Positions 1 to 8,736 of a stretch of DNA of 57,673 bases are shown piece after piece; within the stretch, counting starts at the first letter, position 1; every line of letters starts with the position of its first letter. This DNA comes from Actinomycetota bacterium (GTDB lineage: Bacteria > Actinomycetota > Actinomycetes > Actinomycetales > Actinomycetaceae): the NCBI GenBank assembly GCA_051744325.1, contig JBNJCY010000001.1:1-57673 (forward strand). Reading direction: 5' to 3'. Both the position numbers and the translations under genes were made by a program. A model generated the notes under the pieces. The model was not told the DNA's origin. It did no database searches and saw only the letters and a program-made list of their open reading frames with translations.

Positions 1-267
1 TCCGCGGCGTTCCTACGATTCGGACCGGTCGCGTGGTGGCCACGACCAGGGTCGTGGCACTGGCCAGGACCGTCCCCGCCGGGACGACAGGCCCCGCCGG
101 GACGACAGGCCGCGGCGAGATGACGGTGGTGAGCGCCCGCGTCGGTCTGAGGGCGGTGAGCGTCCGCAGCGGTACGGGGATGACCGTGGGGGGTACCAGC
201 GGCGGGAGGGCGAGGACCGTCCGCGGCGTTCCTACGATCAGGACCGTCCCCGCCGGGACGACAGGCC
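1..267. repeat. Imperfect direct repeat of about 219 nt inside the CDS, encoding reiterated (D/E)RPRR peptide units
   Basis: tccgcggcgttcctacgat occurs at 1-19 and again at 220-238. caggaccgtccccgccgggacgacaggcc occurs at 65-93 and again at 239-267. gccgggacgacaggcc is also tandemly reiterated within 78-110. Confidence 0.6.
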
Positions 268-1222
268 GCGCCGAGACGGCGGCGGTGACCGTCCGCGTCG
301 CCATGACGGCCCACGTGACGAGGTACAGGAGCAGCGGCGTGCCGAGCGTGCTGCCGAGCGGGCGGCGGAGCCCGCACTGGACGCTGCCATCACGCCCCAG
401 ATGTTGGACAAGGCGTCGCGTACGCATCTGAAGTCCTTGAACAAGGAGAATTCCGACCTCGTGGCACGCCACCTCGTGGCGGCCGGGCAGTACCTCGAAA
501 CGGATCCCGAGCTCGCCCACCAGCATGCGCTTGCCGCGCAGCGACGAGCTGGGCGCATCGATGTCGTGCGCGAAGCGGTGGCCATCACGGCCTATCACAC
601 GGGTCGGTACGCGGATGCGCTGCGAGAGGCCCGGACCGTTCGGCGTCTGTCGGGTGACGACACGCTCCGGGCGATCGAGGCGGATTCGGAACGAGGGCTG
701 GGCCGGCCGGAGCGCGCACTGGCCGTGATCGCCGAGGTCGAGTTGGCGCACCAGCCCGCGCACGCACGGACCGAGCTCGCCATCGTTGCGTCGGGGGCAC
801 GGGCGGACCTCGGTGAGGCCGAGGCCGGACTGCTCGTTATCGAGGACGCATTGCGGTTCATCCGAGACGAGGAGTTGCGTGCCCGGTTGCTGAGCGTCAA
901 GGCGGACCGACTCGACGAGTTGGGCAGGACCGAGGAGTCTGAGGAGGTGCGAGCACTGCTCGCGGCCGAACCCTCCGAGGAGTCCGATCCCGTGCTCTAC
1001 ATCGACGACGCATACGATGAGGATCTCGCACTTGCTCTCGAGCTCGAGGAGGCCGCGGCTGCCGCTGAGGTGGAGGCGGAGGCGGAGGCGGAGGGCACGG
1101 GTTCGGGTGAGGCTGCCGCGGCCGAGGAGGACGCTGCCGCGGACTCCGACGCTGGCGAGTCTCCCGAGGACGTCGCACTGGCAGAAGACGCCGCGGCGGA
1201 CGAGGACAGGGAGACCCGATGA
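1..1222 (+). CDS. Conserved actinobacterial TPR-like protein with an Arg/Asp-rich repetitive N-terminal region; the 5' end lies outside the window
   Basis: The frame of listed ORF 401..1222 has no stop back to nt 2. That upstream stretch translates as PRRSYDSDRSRGGHDQGRGTGQDRPRRDDRPRRDDRPRRDDGGERPRRSEGGERPQRYGDDRGG...DRPRRSYDQDRPRRDDRPRRDGGGDRPRR. The downstream part (ITPQMLDKASRTHLKSLNKENSDLVARHLVAAGQYLETDPELAHQHA...CERGLGRPERAL-like) resembles the protein that precedes HAD/tlyA/nadK/recN in other actinobacteria (recognised from memory). The tail is acidic and Ala/Glu-rich. There is an ATGA overlap with the next gene. Confidence 0.7.
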   Translation, partial: PRRSYDSDRSRGGHDQGRGTGQDRPRRDDRPRRDDRPRRDDGGERPRRSEGGERPQRYGDDRGGYQRREGEDRPRRSYDQDRPRRDDRPRRDGGGDRPRRHDGPRDEVQEQRRAERAAERAAEPALDAAITPQMLDKASRTHLKSLNKENSDLVARHLVAAGQYLETDPELAHQHALAAQRRAGRIDVVREAVAITAYHTGRYADALREARTVRRLSGDDTLRAIEADSERGLGRPERALAVIAEVELAHQPAHARTELAIVASGARADLGEAEAGLLVIEDALRFIRDEELRARLLSVKADRLDELGRTEESEEVRALLAAEPSEESDPVLYIDDAYDEDLALALELEEAAAAAEVEAEAEAEGTGSGEAAAAEEDAAADSDAGESPEDVALAEDAAADEDRETR

Positions 1223-2244
1223 GCGGGTTGTTGTCCAGCGAGGTCTCGCTGGCTGTGGCATACGACGTCGCACTGATGGACCTCGACGGTGTGGCTTACG
1301 AGGGAGCCTCGCCGATCGAGCACGCGGCAGAGGGCCTCGCGGCAGCTCGTTCCGCCGGCCTGCGGCTCTTCTACGTGACGAACAACGCCTCTCGGCCGCC
1401 TCAGGACGTGGCTGCGCAGCTGAATTCGCTTGGCATACCAGCGACTCCGGAGGAGGTCTACTCCTCGGCGATGGCCGCCGTCCAGCTCGCGGCGAAGCGG
1501 CACGGCAAGGGTGCGCGAGTGCTCGCAGTGGGAGGCACAGGCCTCATGCAGGCGGTTCGCGAGGGGGGTCTCGAGCTCGTCGAGAGCGCCGATGACCGCC
1601 CCGTCGCCGTCCTTCAGGGCTTCCGCGAGTCCATCTGCTGGGAGGACCTCACCGAGGTGGCCTACGCGATCAACGCCGGGGCCGAGTACATCGCCACCAA
1701 TCTGGACACCACGCTGCCCCGGGAGCGAGGCATGGCGGTGGCCAACGGCTCCCTGGTCGCCGCCGTCGTGAGCGCAACCGGGGTCCACCCTCTGTCAGCG
1801 GGCAAGCCGGAGCCGGAGATCTTCCGCCTTGCTGCAGAGCGGGCCGGCGCCCACAACCCGATCGCCGTCGGCGACCGGCTCAACACCGACATTGCTGGAG
1901 CTGTCGCGTCGCGCGTGCCGTCGCTCCACATCCTCACCGGCGTCTCCGGTGCTCGCGACGTCGTCAGGGCCTTCCCCGCGCAGCGTCCCAGCTATCTCGG
2001 TCTCGACCTGCGTGACCTGGACGCGCCGCACCCGGCCGTGGTGCACCGCGCCGGTTGGTGGGTGTGCCGGGCGGCGCGCGCACGCTCCCACGGTCCCCAC
2101 CTGGAGCTCGGACGGCTGGGCTCGCTCGAGTTCCACGACTCCGTCCACCTCACCCTCGACGAGTACCGGGCGCTGGCGGTCGCGGCCTGGACGGCGGGCG
2201 TCGAGGTGCACTGCCCGCGACTGACGGTCGTGGAGGAACTGTGA
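1219..2244 (+). CDS. HAD-superfamily hydrolase, subfamily IIA (Rv1692-like sugar/glycerol-phosphate phosphatase)
   Basis: 341-aa ORF. It has the LMDLDGV nucleophile motif, FYVTNNASR, and a C-terminal extension. It sits in the conserved position upstream of tlyA. Confidence 0.85.
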   Translation: MSGLLSSEVSLAVAYDVALMDLDGVAYEGASPIEHAAEGLAAARSAGLRLFYVTNNASRPPQDVAAQLNSLGIPATPEEVYSSAMAAVQLAAKRHGKGARVLAVGGTGLMQAVREGGLELVESADDRPVAVLQGFRESICWEDLTEVAYAINAGAEYIATNLDTTLPRERGMAVANGSLVAAVVSATGVHPLSAGKPEPEIFRLAAERAGAHNPIAVGDRLNTDIAGAVASRVPSLHILTGVSGARDVVRAFPAQRPSYLGLDLRDLDAPHPAVVHRAGWWVCRAARARSHGPHLELGRLGSLEFHDSVHLTLDEYRALAVAAWTAGVEVHCPRLTVVEEL

Positions 2245-2393
2245 GCCGGTCCGTCCCGAAGCCCGCTCCACCGCCGGAGCGTGCGATGGAACGACTCGAC
2301 GGGATCTCTGGGCGTCCCCTCCCGGAGCAGGTGACCGTGTACGAGGAGCTCCACGGGGAACTCGAGACACGGCTGCGTGCCAGCGAGACCTGA
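2241..2393 (+). CDS. Small conserved hypothetical protein (about 50 aa; Rv1693-like position)
   Basis: A GTG at 2241 overlaps the HAD stop (GTGA) and is in frame with listed ORF 2055..2393. The stop lies 1 nt before the tlyA ATG. The call rests on position and coupling only. Confidence 0.4.
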   Translation: MSRSVPKPAPPPERAMERLDGISGRPLPEQVTVYEELHGELETRLRASET

Positions 2394-2394
2394 G

Positions 2395-3237
2395 ATGGCG
2401 CGCAGGATCCGTCTGGATACTGAGCTAGTCCGGCGTGGCATCGCTCGGTCGCGCGACGAGGCGAGCGAGCTGATCGAGTCCGGCCGGGTGACGGTGGACG
2501 GCCAGGCCGCGATGAAGCCGGCCCGCCAGGTGGACCCCGCACAGGCAGTCGAGCTGACAGACGCCTCCTCCACCGGATACGTCTCCCGGGGTGCACACAA
2601 GTTGCTCGGGGCGCTCGCGCTGCTCGGCGACCGTGCGCCGTCGATCGCCGGACGGCGTGCCCTCGACGCCGGTGCCTCCACGGGTGGCTTCACGGACGTC
2701 CTGTTGCGAGAGGGAGCGGCGAGCGTGGTCGCCGTGGACGTGGGTTACGGTCAGCTCGCCTGGCGGCTGCGACAGGATCCGCGCGTGACAGTGCTGGACC
2801 GCACGAATGTGCGGACCCTGCGGCCCGAGAACGTGGCACCCGCACCTGGGCTCGTGGTCAGTGACCTCTCGTTCATCTCCCTCACCCTCGTGGTGGACGC
2901 CCTGCGCCGGTGCGCCGCGCCCGATGCCGACTTCCTCCTCATGGTCAAACCGCAGTTCGAGGTCGGCCGCGAACGTCTCGGCGCCGGCGGCGTCGTGCGG
3001 GACACGGTCCTCCACCACGAGTCCGTGATGGGGGTGTGCGAGGCGGCGGCCGGGGTCGGCCTCGACACCTGGGCCGTGGCAGCCAGCCCGTTGCCGGGGC
3101 CCGCGGGCAACGTAGAGTACTTCGTGGCCCTCCGCGCCGGTCACCCCGATGCCATGACGGGCACCCGCCTGGTCGACGCCGTGTGGCAGGCTATCCATGA
3201 CGGCCCGGCCGGTGGGTCGATGACGGGAGAGGGATGA
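2395..3237 (+). CDS. tlyA: TlyA-family rRNA (cytidine-2'-O)-methyltransferase with an S4 RNA-binding domain
   Basis: MARRIRLDTELVRRGIARSRDEASELIESGRVTVDG is an S4 domain. LDAGASTGGFTDVLL is the SAM-binding motif. The internal ATG at 2395 of ORF 2377..3237 was chosen because it follows the upstream stop. Confidence 0.9.
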   Translation: MARRIRLDTELVRRGIARSRDEASELIESGRVTVDGQAAMKPARQVDPAQAVELTDASSTGYVSRGAHKLLGALALLGDRAPSIAGRRALDAGASTGGFTDVLLREGAASVVAVDVGYGQLAWRLRQDPRVTVLDRTNVRTLRPENVAPAPGLVVSDLSFISLTLVVDALRRCAAPDADFLLMVKPQFEVGRERLGAGGVVRDTVLHHESVMGVCEAAAGVGLDTWAVAASPLPGPAGNVEYFVALRAGHPDAMTGTRLVDAVWQAIHDGPAGGSMTGEG

Positions 3238-4070
3238 CGCAGAAGATCGCCCTGGTCCGTCACTCCCGTCCCGGTGTCGCACAACAGGCGGAACTGGTCT
3301 CCGCGGCCGTGGAGGACCTCGGCGGCCAGGTTCTTCCCGAGGAATGCTCACATGAGGCCGACCTCGTGCTCGTCCTCGGCGGTGATGGCACGATCCTCCA
3401 CGCCACCGAACTGGTGCGAGGACGTCCGATTCCGCTGCTCGGTGTGAACTTCGGGCACGTGGGCTTCCTCGCCGAGGCCGATCCGGAATCACTGACGGAC
3501 GTCGTGACCCGAGTCGTCTCCGGGGACTACACCGTGGACGAGCGCATGACGGTCGAACTGGACGTGACCACCCCCGACGGCGTCACCACCTCCGGCTGGG
3601 CGCTCAACGAGGCAGCCCTGCTCAAGATGGACCGGGCCCGCATGATCGAGGTCGCTTTCGGCGTCGACGGGAGGGCCGTGTCCTCCTTCGGCTGCGACGG
3701 CCTCGTGATCGCCACCCCCACCGGCTCGACCGCTTACGCATTCTCCGGTGGCGGACCCATCGTCTGGCCGGACGTCGAGGCACTCCTCGTGGTCCCGATC
3801 GCGGCTCACGCTCTCTTCTCGCGGCCCCTCGTGGTCGGGCCGGAATCGGAGCTCACGGTCCTCCTCGACACCGTCCACCACTCCGACGGCGAAATCTGGT
3901 GCGACGGCCGCCGCCGCATCCCGGCCCCGCACGGCACCGTCACCACGGTGCGCCGCAGCGGGGAGCCCGTCCTCCTCGCGCGGCTGACGGACACGCCTTT
4001 CTCTGGGCGTCTCGTCGCCAAGTTCTCCCTCCCCGTTCACGGTTGGAGGGGCCCCCGCAATCATGATTGA
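3234..4070 (+). CDS. nadK: NAD+ kinase
   Basis: Contains the GGDGTILH and NFGHVGFLAE motifs and TPTGSTAYAFSGGGP. There is an ATGA overlap with tlyA. Confidence 0.92.
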   Translation: MTQKIALVRHSRPGVAQQAELVSAAVEDLGGQVLPEECSHEADLVLVLGGDGTILHATELVRGRPIPLLGVNFGHVGFLAEADPESLTDVVTRVVSGDYTVDERMTVELDVTTPDGVTTSGWALNEAALLKMDRARMIEVAFGVDGRAVSSFGCDGLVIATPTGSTAYAFSGGGPIVWPDVEALLVVPIAAHALFSRPLVVGPESELTVLLDTVHHSDGEIWCDGRRRIPAPHGTVTTVRRSGEPVLLARLTDTPFSGRLVAKFSLPVHGWRGPRNHD

Positions 4071-5730
4071 CGAGCTGCGGCTGCGGAACGTCGGCGTGAT
4101 CGAGGAGGCCGGCCTCGTCCTCGGCCCGGGACTCAGCGTGTTGACCGGCGAGACCGGGGCAGGCAAGACGATGGTGCTCACCGGCCTCGGACTCCTCATG
4201 GGGAGGCGTCCCGATCCACGTCTCGTCCGCCATGGCAGCGAACAGGGTGAGGTCGAGGGAGTCCTCACCGCGCGCGACGAGGCCGCCCTCAGAGCGTGGG
4301 TCGAACCGAATGGCGGCGTACTCGACGACGGCGCCCTCCTCGCCAGCCGCGTCGTGCCCGCAGCAGGGCGGGCACGGGCGTACCTGGGGGGCCGCTCGGT
4401 CCCAGCCGCGACCCTGGCGGAACTCGCCGACCACTTCATCACCGTCCATGGCCAGGCGGACCAGCAGCGGCTGCGCTCTGCCTCGCACCAGCGGGTGGCG
4501 CTCGACGAGTTCGCCGGGCTGGACGGCCTCCTCGAGCGCTACCGTGCCGCGTTCGAGGTGGCGCGGCGGCTCGAGACGGACCTCCGCGACTGGGAGGATT
4601 CGGCTCGGCGCGTCGCCGGGGAGCGCGTGGCCCTCCGGGAGGGCCTGGCTGCGATCGACCAGGTCACCCCGCACCCCGGCGAGGACGACGAGCTGCGGCA
4701 GCGGGCGGAACGCCTGACGAACATCGAGGAGCTGCGGTCCGCCGTCGAGACGGCCTACGGCGTACTCGGGGGAGACGGCGTGGTGCCCGGGGTGCTCGAC
4801 CGCCTCGCCTTCGCCGGCCACGCCCTGGAGGGTGCGGTCCGTCTCGGGCCGGAGCTGCGGGAGTGGGCCCAGCTCGTGGAGGAGGCGAACGGGGTCCTCT
4901 CTCAGGTCGCGACCGAGATCGGGATCCAGCGGGGCGAGCTCGAGGCGGACCCGGGCCTCCTCGACGAGATCCACACGAGGCGCGCCGCCCTGACCGCCCT
5001 GATGCGCCGATTCGGCCCCACGCTCAGCGACGTGATCCGCTGGGCGGATGCCGCGCGCGATCGGCTGGGCGAGCTCGACGAGGGTAGCCGGGACGAGCTC
5101 GAGGAACGGCTCGTCGACGCGCGCGCCACCGCCGACGCGCTCGCCACGGAGCTGACCCAGCGCCGCCGCGTGGCCGCCCATGACCTGGAGCGCCGCGTCA
5201 ACGCCGAACTCGGTCGTCTTGCCATGAAGGACGCCCGGCTCGAGGTGCGCCTCGCCGCGGTCCAGCCCGGAGCGTGGGGCCGGGACGAGGTGTCCATGGT
5301 GCTTGCTCCGCACCGGAACGCGCCCGTTCTGCCCGTGGCCTCCGCTGCCTCCGGGGGTGAGCTGTCCCGCATCATGCTCGCGCTCGAGGTGAGCCTCGCG
5401 GTCCGGCCCGACGACCACACCTTCGTGTTCGACGAGGTGGACGCCGGCATCGGCGGAAGCGCCGCTGTCGAGGTCGGGCGCCGGCTGAAGGAACTCTCCC
5501 GGCACCACCAGGTGATCGTCGTGACCCATCTCGCACAGGTGGCGGCGTTCGCGGACCACCACCTCGTCGTCACCAAGACCGCGGCCGGCGGCACGCCGCG
5601 CACCAGGGTGGAGCGGGTCGTGGGTCCCGCCCGGGAGCGTGAGCTCGCCCGGATGCTGGCCGGGGACACGTCCCCGACCGCCATTCGGCACGCCGCGGAA
5701 CTCCTGCGGCGGGTGGGCGTGGGAACATAG
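4063..5730 (+). CDS. recN: DNA repair protein RecN
   Basis: 555 aa. The N-terminal Walker A is GETGAGKTM. A long coiled-coil middle region is followed by C-terminal SGGELSRIMLAL and FDEVDAGIGG. Confidence 0.93.
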   Translation: MIDELRLRNVGVIEEAGLVLGPGLSVLTGETGAGKTMVLTGLGLLMGRRPDPRLVRHGSEQGEVEGVLTARDEAALRAWVEPNGGVLDDGALLASRVVPAAGRARAYLGGRSVPAATLAELADHFITVHGQADQQRLRSASHQRVALDEFAGLDGLLERYRAAFEVARRLETDLRDWEDSARRVAGERVALREGLAAIDQVTPHPGEDDELRQRAERLTNIEELRSAVETAYGVLGGDGVVPGVLDRLAFAGHALEGAVRLGPELREWAQLVEEANGVLSQVATEIGIQRGELEADPGLLDEIHTRRAALTALMRRFGPTLSDVIRWADAARDRLGELDEGSRDELEERLVDARATADALATELTQRRRVAAHDLERRVNAELGRLAMKDARLEVRLAAVQPGAWGRDEVSMVLAPHRNAPVLPVASAASGGELSRIMLALEVSLAVRPDDHTFVFDEVDAGIGGSAAVEVGRRLKELSRHHQVIVVTHLAQVAAFADHHLVVTKTAAGGTPRTRVERVVGPARERELARMLAGDTSPTAIRHAAELLRRVGVGT

Positions 5731-5734
5731 CAGC

Positions 5735-6940
5735 GTGAACAACCCATTCCAGCGCCGCAGGCAGTCGGTGGCCGCGGACAACGCGCTCGGCGGGGTCGCG
5801 CGGGTCGACTCCCGCACGAAGAACCTCACGAAGCGCCTGCGCTCAGGTGAGATCGCGGTGATCGACCACGCGGACATAGACAGGGTGTCGGCCGAGGCGC
5901 TCGTGGCGTGCGGCCCCTCCGGCGTCCTGAACGCTGCGAAATCGACCACTGGTCGTTACCCCAACCTCGGGCCGCAGATCCTCCTTGATGCGGGCGTCCC
6001 GCTGGTCGACGACCTCGGCCCGGACGTCATGGGGATCCGTGACGGCCACCGCCTCCGGGTGTCCGGCGGGGAGGTGTGGGACGGCGCCAGGCTCGTCGCG
6101 GAGGGCACGGTGCAGGACGTGGAGACCATCGGACGAAGCCTGGAGGAGGCCCAGGAGGGGCTCGCCCTCCAGTTCGAGGCGTTCGCGGCGAACACCGCGG
6201 ACTACATCCTCAAGGAGCGTGAGCTGCTCTTCGACGGCGCGGGAGTCCCGGACGTGCGCACCGATTTCGAGGGGCGCCACGTGCTCGTCGTGGTGCGTGG
6301 GTACCACTACAAGGAGGACCTCGCGATGCTGAAGTCCTACGTCCGCGAGTACCGGCCCATCCTCGTCGGCGTGGACGGTGGCGCGGACGCGATCCTCGAG
6401 GCGGGGATGAAGCTGGACATGATCGTGGGTGACATGGACTCCGTGTCCGACAAGTCACTGACCTCCGGCGCCGAGATCGTGGTGCACGCCTACCGCGACG
6501 GGCGTGCCCCGGGCATCAAGCGCGTCGAGGAGCTGGGCGTCGAGCACGTGGTGTTTCCCGCGACGGGCACGAGCGAGGACGTCGCCATGCTCCTCGCCGA
6601 TGACAAGGGTGCCGAACTCATCGTCGCCGTGGGCACTCACACCACCCTCATAGAGTTCCTGGACAAGGGACGTGCCGGCATGTCCTCAACGTTCCTGACC
6701 CGGTTGCGGGTGGGGACGAAACTCGTTGACGCCAAGGGCGTCTCCCAGCTCGCGCGCCCGCGCATCAGCACCCTCCAGATCCTCCTCCTCGCCGTCGCCG
6801 GCCTGCTCGCCCTCCTCGTGGCGCTGCTCTCCACCAACTTCGGGCAGACACTCTTCGGGCTCTCGGGAGCGTGGTGGGACGACATCATCAGCATCGTGCG
6901 CGGCATCCTTGGCATCACCCCGCCAGCACCGACCACCTGA
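5735..6940 (+). CDS. steA: SteA-like putative cytokinetic ring protein (Rv1697-like, thiamine-pyrophosphokinase-like fold, C-terminal TM)
   Basis: GVARVDSRTKNLTKRLRSGEIAVIDHADIDRVSAEAL and GDMDSVSD are typical of the family. The GTG at 5735 lies 4 nt after the recN stop; the listed ATG at 5639 would overlap recN by 92 nt. Confidence 0.8.
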   Translation: MNNPFQRRRQSVAADNALGGVARVDSRTKNLTKRLRSGEIAVIDHADIDRVSAEALVACGPSGVLNAAKSTTGRYPNLGPQILLDAGVPLVDDLGPDVMGIRDGHRLRVSGGEVWDGARLVAEGTVQDVETIGRSLEEAQEGLALQFEAFAANTADYILKERELLFDGAGVPDVRTDFEGRHVLVVVRGYHYKEDLAMLKSYVREYRPILVGVDGGADAILEAGMKLDMIVGDMDSVSDKSLTSGAEIVVHAYRDGRAPGIKRVEELGVEHVVFPATGTSEDVAMLLADDKGAELIVAVGTHTTLIEFLDKGRAGMSSTFLTRLRVGTKLVDAKGVSQLARPRISTLQILLLAVAGLLALLVALLSTNFGQTLFGLSGAWWDDIISIVRGILGITPPAPTT

Positions 6941-6949
6941 GGACGAACC

Positions 6950-7939
6950 ATGATCGACTTCCGCTACCACCTGGTCTCGCTGATCTCTGTGTTCCTCGCC
7001 CTCGCCGTCGGCATCGTGCTCGGTGCGGGCCCCCTCCAGGAGAGCATCGGGGACACCCTCACCGACCAGATCGACGTGCTGCGCTCCGACCGCGACCAAC
7101 TCCGTCTCGAGCTCGCCGAGCAGACCGTTGCCGTCGCCGACCGCGACGCCTGGATCACCGACGTCGGCGAGAAGCTCGTGGCGGACTCGCTGGCCGGACA
7201 CTCCGTCGCCGTGGTCGCCCTGCCCGGTGCCACCGACGACGACGTCGCGGCCGTTTCGGACCAGCTCGACCTCGCGGGTGCGGCCGTCGTGGTGGAGGCC
7301 CGCCTCACCGAGGCCTGGGTGGAGACCGACCTGAGCTATCGTCAGACCTTCTCGCAGCAGCTCGCCGGCTACCTCGATCCGGTCCCCGCGGATGACGCCA
7401 CCTCCGAGGAGGTGCTGGCCACCGCTGTCGCCCAGATGCTCTCGGGAGCAACTGAGGATGCAGGCGTGCTCGCCGAACTGCTCGCCGGCGGGGAGGACCC
7501 CTTCATCGCGCTCACTGCGGAAGCGGCCGACCCCGCCGGGTCGCTGATCGTCGTGGGACCACGCCCGACCCCGCCGGCGGAGTCCACCGATGCCACGGCC
7601 ACGCCGACACCCGAGGCCGCGCAGCCCGAATGGGCCCGCGTCGTCTCCGGCTTCGCCGCCACCGTGCCGACGGTCACCGTCGGGGCAGCGGAGGAGCTTG
7701 TCCTGTCGATCCGTGAGGCCGGCATCCCCACCTCGACGATTGACTCGATCGGCGAGGTGCCCACAACCGTGACCGTCCCGCTGGCGCTCGCCGCGGAGCT
7801 GACAGGGAGCCACGGCAGGTACGGCTTCGCCCCCAGTGCGCAGGCGCCTGCCCCGCGGCTCGTGGAGGTCCCACCGCCCACCCCCGTGGCCCCGGATCCC
7901 ACGGCCGAGGCGACCGCCACCGAGGGCGCGGACGGATGA
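6950..7939 (+). CDS. mctB: MctB/SteB-family membrane protein (DUF3186, annotated as a copper transporter; Rv1698-like)
   Basis: MIDFRYHLVSLISVFLALAVGIVLGAGPLQ followed by a coiled-coil segment is the family N-terminus. The gene sits immediately after steA, as in mycobacteria and corynebacteria. Confidence 0.75.
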   Translation: MIDFRYHLVSLISVFLALAVGIVLGAGPLQESIGDTLTDQIDVLRSDRDQLRLELAEQTVAVADRDAWITDVGEKLVADSLAGHSVAVVALPGATDDDVAAVSDQLDLAGAAVVVEARLTEAWVETDLSYRQTFSQQLAGYLDPVPADDATSEEVLATAVAQMLSGATEDAGVLAELLAGGEDPFIALTAEAADPAGSLIVVGPRPTPPAESTDATATPTPEAAQPEWARVVSGFAATVPTVTVGAAEELVLSIREAGIPTSTIDSIGEVPTTVTVPLALAAELTGSHGRYGFAPSAQAPAPRLVEVPPPTPVAPDPTAEATATEGADG

Positions 7940-8736
7940 GCCGGGCACTTCCGCTCCTCATCGGCGCAGGGGGCTACCCGGCGAAGCTCGCTGCACTCCG
8001 CGCGCACCCGCCGGGTGGGGCGGCCCGCTGGGAACGGACCAACTTCGTCGGCCGGCAGGTCTCCCTCCTGGGCGGCGTTGCGGCCGCGAGCAGTGCGGTC
8101 GCCGCCGCTCTGTGCACCCCTGCACCTGCCGGGGCGGTGGTCGCGGCGCTGGGTGGCGGAGCCTTCGGGGCCGTGGACGATCTGGCCTCCGACTCGGTCA
8201 CGAGTTCGAAGGGCCTGAAGGGACACCTCGGTGCCCTCGCGCACGGCGAGCTCACCACGGGGTCGCTGAAGATCGCCGGGATCGGAGCGAGCGGCCTCGT
8301 CGCGTCCGCCCTCCTCACGCCGCGCCCCCGCACGCCCCTCGACGTCCTCGTCGGCGCCGGGCTCATCGCGGGCACCGCCAACCTCCTCAACCTGTTCGAC
8401 CTCCGGCCCGGACGCACCCTCAAGGTGGCGACGGCCGCCGCGGCCGTGGGGACGCTCGCGGGATCGGAGCGGGCCGCCGCGGTCCTCGGGGTGGGCCTCG
8501 CCGCCCTGCGGGACGACCTCGGCGAGCGCACGATGCTCGGCGACACGGGTGCGAACGCGCTCGGGGCCCTGCTCGGCACCGCCATGGCGGCCTCGCCGTC
8601 CCGGGCCACCCGGTACGGGGCGCTCGCGGTCGTCGTCGGGCTCACGCTCGCGAGCGAGAAGGTGAGCTTCTCGTCGGTGATCCAGGGCAACGGACTGTTG
8701 CGCCGGATCGACCAGCTGGGCCGCCGGCCCTCATGA
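7936..8736 (+). CDS. Short, divergent polyprenyl-phosphate sugar-1-phosphate transferase-like membrane protein (MraY/WecA superfamily, GT4 family)
   Basis: 266-aa polytopic ORF. NLLNLFDLRPGR occupies the place of the canonical NxxNxxDGxDGL motif. LGDTGANALGALLG resembles MraY MGDTGSLALG. There are ATGA overlaps at both ends. Confidence 0.55.
   Translation: MSRALPLLIGAGGYPAKLAALRAHPPGGAARWERTNFVGRQVSLLGGVAAASSAVAAALCTPAPAGAVVAALGGGAFGAVDDLASDSVTSSKGLKGHLGALAHGELTTGSLKIAGIGASGLVASALLTPRPRTPLDVLVGAGLIAGTANLLNLFDLRPGRTLKVATAAAAVGTLAGSERAAAVLGVGLAALRDDLGERTMLGDTGANALGALLGTAMAASPSRATRYGALAVVVGLTLASEKVSFSSVIQGNGLLRRIDQLGRRPS

Noticed and set aside
3900-4070. A search for a LexA box or PafBC motif upstream of recN
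   Set aside because: I found no TCGAAC-N4-GTTCGA or TGTCRGTG-N8-TAnnnT match by eye in the nadK 3' region. Isolated TCGAAC hexamers elsewhere in the window lack a palindromic partner.
3940-5949. A 669-aa minus-strand ORF
   Set aside because: It is antisense to recN and has no recognisable domain. It is a GC-driven open frame.
7836-8732. An N-terminal extension of about 300 aa on the listed murJ ORF
   Set aside because: The extension is Arg/Pro/Gly-rich and fully overlaps the PNPT-like gene in another frame. The MurJ homology begins at the ATG at 8733, which forms an ATGA overlap.
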